Source: a virus (Duplodnaviria; Caudoviricetes). From it: a stretch of DNA of 64,000 nucleotides. The stretch spans positions 32,001 through 96,000 of IMG/VR virus record IMGVR_UViG_3300037067_007264; one strand, 5' to 3'. Both the position numbers and the translations under genes were made by a program. A model generated the notes under the pieces. The model did not search any database, was not told the DNA's origin, and saw only the letters and a list, made by a program, of their open reading frames with translations. Positions 56,758 to 64,000 of the stretch are shown here, in pieces; the stretch's first letter is position 1, and the number at the start of each line of letters is the position of its first letter.

Positions 56758-56807
56758 GTTCTCCTGAGGGTCATGAAGAGTGTTCTTATGAACACTCTTC
56801 AAGTACC

Positions 56808-57482
56808 ATGACTGAATTCAGAATCTACTACCCCACGGGTCTGATAGCTCAAATAGACTACTCACCCTCTCCGTTTCACTTCAACCTAATTCAGCCCTTG
56901 AGTAACCCTGGATTATTGGTCAACGGAGATCCAGGAGCCTACCCTCTTCAGAACCAGGCCCTTGATAAAGGTACCATTGAAGCTCTCATCACTCTTGGGG
57001 CTCCCGGATCCAATCGTTCAGTGGTCTTCTTGGTTGATCAATGGCCGAGTCCTACAAAGTACGTTGGTATTGCCTTGGACGATCTCAACCGTCCCTTAGC
57101 CTACTTATCAGTTGATGGTATAGGAACCATCCTTGGAGAAGGTCTTCCAAGTGGAGCTGCTAATGCCCAGGGAAGTCAACTCAAAGTTCGACTTTCGTAC
57201 GACCTGAGTAGTCCTATATTCATGGGTGCAACTGCAGTACTACAAATTGGGGATATGGAACAAGAGCTTTGGGCGGTAGAGCCTGGGGTTGCCCCGGGTC
57301 TATTCCAACCCCAGTTCTTGGTGATTGGTTACCAAGTCCTTTCAAACTACTTGACCTTCAATGGTACCATCACCTGGGCGCAAACTTGTGATAAGGTAGA
57401 CATAATTCCAGAGACTCCTGCAGAGCAAGAGGAGACTTCCACAGTTGGAATGCTTGATCAGCCCCTAGACTTCCCGATGTAA
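56808..57482 (+). CDS. Hypothetical beta-rich protein (possibly LamG/ConA-like)
   Basis: GTIEA...FNGTI pattern. Confidence 0.7.
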   Translation: MTEFRIYYPTGLIAQIDYSPSPFHFNLIQPLSNPGLLVNGDPGAYPLQNQALDKGTIEALITLGAPGSNRSVVFLVDQWPSPTKYVGIALDDLNRPLAYLSVDGIGTILGEGLPSGAANAQGSQLKVRLSYDLSSPIFMGATAVLQIGDMEQELWAVEPGVAPGLFQPQFLVIGYQVLSNYLTFNGTITWAQTCDKVDIIPETPAEQEETSTVGMLDQPLDFPM

Positions 57483-57501
57483 TCTTGGTGTACTTCTTCT
57501 A

Positions 57502-57783
57502 GTGCTCACCTTCGTTGTTCATTGCAAACGGTCAGCATACGATGTCTATATCGGTCGACCAGGGCCTTGGGGTAATCCATTCTCCCATCAGGAAGGCACT
57601 TTGGCCAAGTTCAAGGTAGCCGATCGGGACGAAGCAATCGACCGGTACGAGGCCTGGGTCAGATCCCAGCCCGAGTTTGTCCAACGAATCAAACGAGAAC
57701 TTAAAAGCAAGATTCTCGGGTGTTTCTGCATTCCGAACAGATGCCACGGGGAAGTTCTTGCGAGAATTGCTAACGAAGGCTAA
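57502..57783 (+). CDS. DUF4326 domain protein
   Basis: VVHCK...YDVYIGR...WGNPF...LGC-x-C-x-P-x-x-CHG-x-VL. Confidence 0.9.
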   Translation: MLTFVVHCKRSAYDVYIGRPGPWGNPFSHQEGTLAKFKVADRDEAIDRYEAWVRSQPEFVQRIKRELKSKILGCFCIPNRCHGEVLARIANEG

Positions 57784-57792
57784 AGTCTCGGG

Positions 57793-58020
57793 GTGGATAT
57801 AAATGAAAACCTCAAGAAGCAACGTGAGCTTACCGCTAAACTTCTAGCTGAGCCTCTCGAAGGTGAGCCTCTCGAGTTGCTTGAGCTTGGTATTGAACTG
57901 GCTAGGTTAGTGACAACAGCAGATCAACACCTATCCGATGATGGAGACTACCCTGAAGCTTGGCTTAGTAAACCTAAACCACCAGCCCCCGATCCTTGGT
58001 GTGGGGGATCGGAGACGTAA
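57793..58020 (+). CDS. Hypothetical protein
   Basis: ORF. Confidence 0.65.
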   Translation: MDINENLKKQRELTAKLLAEPLEGEPLELLELGIELARLVTTADQHLSDDGDYPEAWLSKPKPPAPDPWCGGSET

Positions 58021-58042
58021 TGAAAGAGACGAGTGACTGCTA

Positions 58043-58297
58043 ATGGAAGACAAAGAAGTAGAGATCTCATTAGATAGAAAAACTGAGATCATCTTTAGGA
58101 TGATGCAGAAGTGGGCACCTCGCTCGAGTGAAACGCTGGCCCAGGTGTTCCCAAATTGTGATTGGCCTGAGTCGATCCATAATTGCAACCTACAAGAGTT
58201 CCTAACCACGGTCTTCAATGATAACCCGAAGGCGATCACTGAGAGAGGCATACCTTCAGCCGAAGCCTATGTGGGGGAGGTTAGGAAACTTTTCTAG
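58043..58297 (+). CDS. Hypothetical protein
   Basis: ORF. Confidence 0.65.
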   Translation: MEDKEVEISLDRKTEIIFRMMQKWAPRSSETLAQVFPNCDWPESIHNCNLQEFLTTVFNDNPKAITERGIPSAEAYVGEVRKLF

Positions 58298-58509
58298 GGA
58301 ATACCCTAGGAGAACCTTAGGCTGGCTATTGACATTCCTCATAAATTATGGTGCTATACGAGATTAGTAACCACTCGGATAGCTATGGGCGCTAGGTCAA
58401 AGAACACTTATAGTGTTAGGGCAACAGTTCAGGGTCAGTTTCGAGATCGGCAGATTGGGGTCCTTGGCGGGAAACCCTAAACGAAGCTGTCTTATCTTTT
58501 GTAGAGAAG

Positions 58510-58704
58510 TTGAAGAAACAAGGACAGGCAGATCGAATCCTGAAGTATCCAATGGTAGCTCGCAGGGCAACTATTGAGGATCAAATAGGGCATAACCTAC
58601 CAATAGATGGTAACGGGGTTATTTACCGGCGCGATCTAAGTTTACAAGCTGGAATCTCATCCTTGCTCATAGCCCAAGGGTTGAACCTACCGGAGAATCA
58701 ATGA
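58510..58704 (+). CDS. Hypothetical protein
   Basis: Coupled to the next gene. Confidence 0.5.
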   Translation: MKKQGQADRILKYPMVARRATIEDQIGHNLPIDGNGVIYRRDLSLQAGISSLLIAQGLNLPENQ

Positions 58705-59381
58705 AGCACGTTCAGAAGATGCCTAAGTGGACATTCTGCGGGAAGCCCGTATCAAATATGGGTTCTGTCGTAGGTGTTGGAGAGGTAAGTCTGGAAGATC
58801 CAGACCTCTGTAAACTCTGTAAGAAGGGCATAATATCACTAGAGACTCCTAAGTCCACTAACCCCAACTTGAAGCATGTCCCTCGGACAGCTAATCGATC
58901 CTTCTGTGGTAAGCTCCTCACAAGGGTAAAGAATCCTGTGAGTAAAGAAGAGGTCAATATGGAAGATCCAGACCTTTGTGGAACCTGTCGTCGAGGCGTA
59001 GGGGCTCCGAGCTTCTTCAAGATCTTACTTGTCTGGAGGCCTGAGAGACACGAGGAGGGGCTCTCTCGAGTCATTGAGGCACCTCGAGGGGTCAACCTAT
59101 TCGCCAATGGTGTGGAGGTGGCCAGCATCATTGCCTATCGGGTACCAAGATCAGAATCAATTGAAGGACCTGAAAGCCCTCGATATGAAGGTTGGGTATG
59201 GAGTGCAGGAACTGAACCCTCTGAAAAGTTACCCTTCAAACTCCCCAGGGTCAACACTTGCAACCATCCAGTGGCAGACCTAGAGGTGGCCAAGGCCAAG
59301 TGTAAGGCTTGGGTAAAGAGGAAGCTCGAAGAAGCTCGAGAATCCTCCTCAGTTCAAAACTCTACCGTTGATGATGTCTAG
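58701..59381 (+). CDS. Protein with two H/C Zn-finger-like repeats plus a domain shared with 60206..60517
   Basis: KHV...FCGK...EDPDLCxxC twice. Confidence 0.8.
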   Translation: MKHVQKMPKWTFCGKPVSNMGSVVGVGEVSLEDPDLCKLCKKGIISLETPKSTNPNLKHVPRTANRSFCGKLLTRVKNPVSKEEVNMEDPDLCGTCRRGVGAPSFFKILLVWRPERHEEGLSRVIEAPRGVNLFANGVEVASIIAYRVPRSESIEGPESPRYEGWVWSAGTEPSEKLPFKLPRVNTCNHPVADLEVAKAKCKAWVKRKLEEARESSSVQNSTVDDV

Positions 59382-59382
59382 C

Positions 59383-59550
59383 TTACGGGTTAGACACAGT
59401 GGGGTCAGGTTCCTCTCCGTGGCCCTCACACTTACGGCAGGCTGGTTGTTGAGGGTCCCACTCATGCGATGGGTATGGGTTGACGTAATCAGGGTCTTCT
59501 GGGTGAGGCTCTATTCCAGATCCACCACAGTGTTCGCAGTCACCAACCAT
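59383..59550 (-). CDS. Small CxxCxGxG Zn-finger protein
   Basis: CEHCGGSG...CRKCEGHG. Confidence 0.65.
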   Translation of the reverse strand: MVGDCEHCGGSGIEPHPEDPDYVNPYPSHEWDPQQPACRKCEGHGEEPDPTVSNP

Positions 59551-59839
59551 GCTCAGATCCTCCCATCTTAAATAAGCGAGGTGAGGTGGGGGGTCATGAC
59601 TTCCCCCCACCCTTACCGAACCGCCAATAAGCGGCCACCTCTACGGATTTCCAGACCGGTTCTTACCAACACCTGAACTGCCACGGGTACCTGCAGTCAA
59701 GAGCCATCGGTACTGAACTGAGACACACGGACCATCCAGCTTCCGAGTAAGCGGGTGCAGGACTGAGGGCATCTCATGACCACGACACTACCAGACGAAA
59801 ACAGACCCTGTCAAGACAGATTTGGTGTACCCTAGGCTA

Positions 59840-60172
59840 ATGACCCCTAGGACGATTGACCTTGTTGGCGGACCGGACAAATTCCAAGAAGAATTGGAAG
59901 ATCTGATCCGATTGTCAATGCCCCTTGAGAGGCGGTACCCGCTGGTACTTCAGTTCTTAGGGGACCCTTGGGATTATGAAGTCTACGTTTGGGAAGAACC
60001 CCTATGGAATGGTACCCCCAGAGGAGACATCATTCATTGTTGCTGGACCAAATGTAGGTTAGAAGTGGCCCATCGCAAGGATACTCCTCAAGATCAGGTA
60101 TACAATGGGGAGCTGGTCAAGACCTACGGGGAGCCAGCCCAGCTCAGGGTTACGTTATTCACGGAAACTTGA
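59840..60172 (+). CDS. Hypothetical protein
   Basis: Start set by GGTGTA. Confidence 0.7.
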   Translation: MTPRTIDLVGGPDKFQEELEDLIRLSMPLERRYPLVLQFLGDPWDYEVYVWEEPLWNGTPRGDIIHCCWTKCRLEVAHRKDTPQDQVYNGELVKTYGEPAQLRVTLFTET

Positions 60173-60205
60173 TGAGACCTTAGTCTCTCACACGTAGTAC
60201 TGACC

Positions 60206-60517
60206 ATGGCAAAGAAGAAGTATCGCCTTACTTGGAGTAGAGAGCCAAATGAACAGGGTTTGGCCAGCGTCAGTCAAGGACCTCGAGGTGCTGTCCTCAA
60301 GGTCAATGGTGTTCGAGTTGGTCATGTATATGCTAACAGCATAGGTTTCCACGACTACAAGGGTTGGTATTGGGTAGCTCGTCACGGGGGCGCCGATGGT
60401 GACCCAACCATCCCTGAGATCCCCCTCAAGAACACCTGCAATACTCCAACCAAAGAGCTTGAAGACGCCAAGAAGGCGTGCGAAGCCTATGTTCGAGGGG
60501 TCTTAGATAAGGCCTGA
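60206..60517 (+). CDS. Hypothetical protein (paralog of the 58701 C-terminal domain)
   Basis: W...E-x-GL...PRG...NG...GW-x-W...NTC...LE-x-AK-x-x-C. Confidence 0.8.
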   Translation: MAKKKYRLTWSREPNEQGLASVSQGPRGAVLKVNGVRVGHVYANSIGFHDYKGWYWVARHGGADGDPTIPEIPLKNTCNTPTKELEDAKKACEAYVRGVLDKA

Positions 60518-60723
60518 CAGGATCCTCCAAAGGCATTGTCCTCCAAGAGACTATGGAAGCCTATCGAGTGATAGGCTTCCGAACAAGCCTCATAGTTGAT
60601 CCACTTCACATAGAGGTGGTTGCATTTGATACAAGTAACGGCCCCTGGACGTCCTGTCCACCGAAAGTTGCAAGAAACACACTGGTAGTGGGCGTCACGG
60701 AAGTCCACCTGCTTGTTCGGCAT
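60487..60723 (-). CDS. Small Zn-ribbon protein
   Basis: CxxC...CxxC. Confidence 0.65.
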   Translation of the reverse strand: MPNKQVDFRDAHYQCVSCNFRWTGRPGAVTCIKCNHLYVKWINYEACSEAYHSIGFHSLLEDNAFGGSCQALSKTPRT

Positions 60724-60746
60724 AACTACCCGTTCTCACAAGCAGT

Positions 60747-61001
60747 TCAATCGTTCCAGGGGTGGCCGTTGGTGACCTCTTCGAGGAGCTTCGTGTAGTA
60801 AGCAATCTGAGCCTCAAGTCCTTGAATGGAGCACCCCTTGTGATGCTTGTCACCGTCTATCGAGATCTGCACGTTGGTCTTCCCGCACTCCCTACACTTC
60901 GGGTAGAACCTTCTATGAGTGAAGGCATCATCCAACCGACACTGCATCTTGCCGATTCTCTGTCGGAGGCGGTACTTGACGGGAGTGTGATTGGCCTTCA
61001 T
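60747..61001 (-). CDS. Hypothetical Zn-binding protein
   Basis: CGTAGTA upstream; CxxC...HxxxC. Confidence 0.7.
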   Translation of the reverse strand: MKANHTPVKYRLRQRIGKMQCRLDDAFTHRRFYPKCRECGKTNVQISIDGDKHHKGCSIQGLEAQIAYYTKLLEEVTNGHPWND

Positions 61002-61009
61002 GCACAGTA

Positions 61010-61237
61010 CTACGTTTGAGCGGGTGGGATCTCTTCAGTATCCGGGAGTTTTATTTGAAGGTCCTTGTCCGGATGGTAGAGGGAGTAGTCTACTCCAGTG
61101 GCTATCTTAATACTCCCGTTCGGTTGAGGGGTGACCTCCGAGACTCTTTCCCATCCAAAGTAAGTGCAGATACTGATACCTACCATGTCACCTACCTTGA
61201 TGTCCTTAGCCTTTACGTCGAGGGTCTTGTCGTTCAT
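61010..61237 (-). CDS. Hypothetical protein (SH3/KOW-like)
   Basis: AKDIKVGD; SD AAAGGA. Confidence 0.7.
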   Translation of the reverse strand: MNDKTLDVKAKDIKVGDMVGISICTYFGWERVSEVTPQPNGSIKIATGVDYSLYHPDKDLQIKLPDTEEIPPAQT

Positions 61238-61249
61238 TGCGGTTCCTTT

Positions 61250-61392
61250 GAAGTCATAGATCTAGCTGAGGTAACTAGCCGGTAGATTCGAACTACCTAC
61301 GACTAGCCAGTCGTATTCCAGATTCGAACTGGTTGGGTGATCAAGCCCTATCCCCTATGGAAACCAGTTACCTCAGCTAGATCTATGACTTC
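61250..61392 (-). ncRNA. 27-bp perfect inverted repeat enclosing two tRNA-like T-arms
   Basis: Arms 61250-61276 and 61366-61392; - strand internal hairpins CCAG-TTCGAAT-CTGG, TACGACT-GGCT-AGTCGTA, GGTAG-TTCGAAT-CTACC. Confidence 0.65.
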
Positions 61393-61508
61393 TTGTTAGT
61401 CTCTTTCAGGCCTTCCTTTACCTCAGCCTTGTTGTTCTGGCGGCGAGCCTTCTTGGAGCCAACCTTGGCCTCCTCGCGGGTAAACCAACGGGAGGTGGTG
61501 CCCTTCAT
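61383..61508 (-). CDS. 41-aa basic peptide
   Basis: Hand-translated MKGTTSRWFTREEAKVGSKKARRQ...; ATG directly after the upstream stop. Confidence 0.55.
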   Translation of the reverse strand: MKGTTSRWFTREEAKVGSKKARRQNNKAEVKEGLKETNKKS

Positions 61509-61509
61509 C

Positions 61510-62043
61510 TCAGTCTTTACTTTTGCGCGTAGTGCCACGTTTTTGGGCTTTCTTCTCGAACAACTTTGGAAAGTTCTGCTGAATTAGGTTAGCATCCCGT
61601 TCGAGATCTTCAAGGTTAGCAGAACTCCTCAGGAACGGGATGATCCCAGTATTGTCACTACTGAGGAAGTCGAACACGAAACACCCTGAGAACTCCCCGT
61701 TGTGTTGATCTCGATGTAGTCGAAGGACTGGGATTTCGTGAAGCTTTCCCTTAGAAGCTACAATCGAGAGGGTCCGTCCATCTTTTGAGATGAGAGGTTT
61801 GACCCCACGTGTGACAAGCTCACCTACAAGCTTCCCAAGGTAGACTCGAATCTTGTCTTCCATGCTAGCCACCTTGGATTCAGAGTCCAAAGCCCTTTGA
61901 ATAGCTTCCTCCAAAGATGCCTTGATTCGTTGCTTGTTGGCATCGTACTGAGAGACACCGCACTTGGAGGAGATGAAGGTTTGCATGAACCCGAAGTCCA
62001 TGAGAATTTGAGATGCCTTGGAGGCTACTTGTTTTGAGTTCAT
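61510..62043 (-). CDS. Hypothetical protein
   Basis: CGTAGTA upstream. Confidence 0.8.
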   Translation of the reverse strand: MNSKQVASKASQILMDFGFMQTFISSKCGVSQYDANKQRIKASLEEAIQRALDSESKVASMEDKIRVYLGKLVGELVTRGVKPLISKDGRTLSIVASKGKLHEIPVLRLHRDQHNGEFSGCFVFDFLSSDNTGIIPFLRSSANLEDLERDANLIQQNFPKLFEKKAQKRGTTRKSKD

Positions 62044-62093
62044 TCTGTTTAGTACTACGTTTGAGGGGTTAGGATCTCACAACTTTTTTCAAG

Positions 62094-62300
62094 TTACCCC
62101 TCTTCGGGGGTTTCATAGGTATCCTCGAGTGCACTATCAATAGCTCGCTCCGCTTTCAGACAGGCTTCTTCGGTAGCCTCAAGTTCTTCTTCGGTCACTT
62201 GACCTAAACAAGCCAACTGGAGGGCTCGAGTTCTCTCCCGTCTCCTCTCATCCCATGCGTTACGGGCTAGGACCAATTGATGATAGGCCTCTTGATTCAT
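62094..62300 (-). CDS. Hypothetical helical protein
   Basis: CGTAGTA upstream. Confidence 0.7.
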   Translation of the reverse strand: MNQEAYHQLVLARNAWDERRRERTRALQLACLGQVTEEELEATEEACLKAERAIDSALEDTYETPEEG

Positions 62301-62392
62301 ACCCTATACTACGGATGAGTTCGATGAATCTCACCACATTTCAACAGGCCGACTTTACTTGTGGTAAGAATCTGGTGTAATACCACAGTCTC

Positions 62393-62941
62393 ATGATCAT
62401 TACGCGTAAAGAGGGTCACGAATACTGGGCTACGCCTGACCCTTGGGATCCGGCTCTGTACTCTGACTATGTCATTGTCAGAAACTCGACGTCCTCATTG
62501 TTCCTGGTCGACGGTGGACGTGAACTAGGACCCTCGAATCAATGTGAGGAGTGGCAGTTTACCCTACTTGGGATTACTGGGAGTGAGGTAGAGCCAGAGG
62601 TTGGAGAGCGGTTTGGTTTCACGGTTGTCCAAGAGCGAGTCTATCCCGTCTGTTGCGAGTACGGTCAGAATCTTTACTGGAGATGGCCCTCCCCGAGCAC
62701 CAGGCGGTGTTCAGGAGTTCCAGAGCCCGGATGGTACACTGGCATAGCCTGTACTTCCTACAGTGTCTGGCAGCCAACCAACGGCATCTGTCCAGGTTGT
62801 GGGGAGCCTCTTCCAGAACCTGGGATTGGGGAGCAAGTCCGAGGGCGTCAGCATCTCATCGGTCTCCTGAAGGGACACCTTCAACTGATTCCAAGGTCAA
62901 GCTACCCAACTCGATTTGATCGAATACTCAAACAACCTTAG
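62393..62941 (+). CDS. Hypothetical protein, tag PTRFDRILKQP
   Basis: GGTGTA upstream; CC...CPGCG; tag. Confidence 0.85.
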   Translation: MIITRKEGHEYWATPDPWDPALYSDYVIVRNSTSSLFLVDGGRELGPSNQCEEWQFTLLGITGSEVEPEVGERFGFTVVQERVYPVCCEYGQNLYWRWPSPSTRRCSGVPEPGWYTGIACTSYSVWQPTNGICPGCGEPLPEPGIGEQVRGRQHLIGLLKGHLQLIPRSSYPTRFDRILKQP

Positions 62942-62949
62942 GTACTTAG

Positions 62950-63225
62950 ATGAGAATCCCCATTCATATTGTTGGAATTAATGAGACCAAAAATATGGAA
63001 GTGACCCATACCATTGGGCATGGGGGTGCTGGCCAAGTAGTCTATCATGGATCTCGTTACTGCCTTGACTTAGAGCTTCCTGACGGAACGGTCATCACAA
63101 TCGATGTAGGCCACCAGACTCTAAATCAAATGTGCCAAATCTCAGAAGAATTCCTACTAAGGGAGAAGGCCAAGTTCAATCAACCCCCGCCGACTAGGTT
63201 CGAGCGTATTTTGATTGGTGACTAA
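62950..63225 (+). CDS. Hypothetical protein, tag PTRFERILIGD
   Basis: Tag. Confidence 0.85.
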   Translation: MRIPIHIVGINETKNMEVTHTIGHGGAGQVVYHGSRYCLDLELPDGTVITIDVGHQTLNQMCQISEEFLLREKAKFNQPPPTRFERILIGD

Positions 63226-63267
63226 CCCCTGGGATACCATTGAATTCAATATGTATGCCATTTATGT

Positions 63268-63975
63268 ATGGCATCCCACAGAAAACTGAAGTTTCTCAAG
63301 TTTCGAGTTGAGGTTCGTAGCCCTGATGCGTACTATTGTATTGAAAGAGGAACCAGTATGTCAAACGGGGGCAATCTTTTATCGATTCCGAGTGACCGTG
63401 GAGTAGGGAGAGTGGTTTTGAATACCAACGTAACGGTTGGTAACTTTGTGATCCACGTTCAGACGGAAGAAGTAAAGCCAAAGAAGCTGATTGTTACCTA
63501 CGTTTTATACGAGGGTCAGGTCATTGACCGAGTAGAGCGTGGGTACACTGCTCACGAGGACAAGCCAAACCTTAGAGAGCTTATCTCAAAGGTGGCGGAG
63601 GCTCAGCACAGTAAGAAGATTAGGGAGGTCCCGGGTATTTGGGAAGGGTTCAGCAAGAACCTAAAGATATCGATCAAGCCTCCCAAGAGAACCACCTTGA
63701 GACCTGTTCCGATGCCAGTAGCCCCGAAGCTGGATGCAGCCAAGGCTTTGGAGTTGTTCGAGCTAGGGCTAACCCTGTACAAGGAAGATCCTCTGAAAGC
63801 TCAGGAGGCGTGGGAAGAAGCTGCTCACCTCGACCCCGACAATAAAGTCTACCGGGTCAACCTGAAGAAGCTGAGAGACCTGGCCCATGGGGTGTTGATC
63901 AACGACAAGAAGTCCGGTTGCTTCTCAGCATGCTTCAAGCCATCAACGACTCTCAGGTTGGTCAAGGCTGGGTAA
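63268..63975 (+). CDS. Protein with N-x-N...HVQTE domain and C-terminal TPR
   Basis: NTNV...IHVQTEE...G-x-VI...AQH; TPR-like LFELGL...AWEEA-x-x-LDPDN-x-x-YRVNL. Confidence 0.75.
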   Translation: MASHRKLKFLKFRVEVRSPDAYYCIERGTSMSNGGNLLSIPSDRGVGRVVLNTNVTVGNFVIHVQTEEVKPKKLIVTYVLYEGQVIDRVERGYTAHEDKPNLRELISKVAEAQHSKKIREVPGIWEGFSKNLKISIKPPKRTTLRPVPMPVAPKLDAAKALELFELGLTLYKEDPLKAQEAWEEAAHLDPDNKVYRVNLKKLRDLAHGVLINDKKSGCFSACFKPSTTLRLVKAG

Positions 63976-64000
63976 CCTCACCTAACGGACCCAAATTTTC

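Noticed and set aside
59551-59815. Possible ncRNA or small ORF downstream of a TTGACA-N18-TAGTGT promoter on the - strand
   Set aside because: The hairpins favour the opposite strand and the ORFs are unconvincing; could not be resolved.
61277-61365. Canonical tRNA gene
   Set aside because: Two T-loops but no acceptor, D and anticodon arms in tRNA order; kept only as a tRNA-like element.
897-63225. TRFER motif as a DNA repeat, mobile cassette or DGR/CRISPR-type repeat
   Set aside because: Nucleotide sequences vary at synonymous positions and the copies are always in frame at gene ends; there is no regular spacing and no reverse transcriptase in the window.
12-63845. Many antisense or nested ORFs in the supplied track (e.g. 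316..561, 728..1048, 6583..6921, 32917..33453, 45077..45643, 52985..53485)
   Set aside because: They are shadows of better-supported genes on the opposite strand or frame and lack the upstream motifs.
1-64000. Alternative genetic code (stop-codon reassignment)
   Set aside because: Known enzymes are full length in the standard code, and the conserved tag is followed interchangeably by TAG, TAA and TGA.

Overview
Gene-dense (~130 mostly short ORFs), frequently strand-switching, standard-code DNA that reads like the accessory region of a large (jumbo/huge) dsDNA bacteriophage. A Myxococcota-like host is possible but is only an inference. Recognisable genes: thymidine kinase, PyrF, nucleoside 2-deoxyribosyltransferase, HD nucleotidase, CCA-adding enzyme, Rnl2-like RNA ligase, CYTH, NADAR, macrodomain, sigma-70-family factor, receiver domains, ParB-like protein, HNH endonuclease, GNAT and a solo TnpB. 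No tRNA, rRNA or CRISPR array was seen. The main unexplained structure is a peptide-tag system. At least 22 otherwise unrelated proteins end in a shared C-terminal motif (P-T-R-F-E-R-x-x-V-[IL]-stop, or T-R-F-x-R-[IV]-L-tail) encoded by varied synonymous codons. A separate set of 8 proteins carries a D/S-I-E-[SE]-[YF]-W motif, N-terminal in 7 of them. Other notable features: fragments resembling a major capsid protein grafted into three non-structural proteins; a GGTGTA / CGTAGTA motif about 8-13 nt upstream of dozens of start codons (probably promoters for leaderless mRNAs); a candidate +1 frameshift at UUU-CGU that appends the C-terminal tag; and several candidate structured RNAs, including a 27-bp inverted repeat enclosing two tRNA-type T-arms. 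All family calls come from motif recognition, not database searches.
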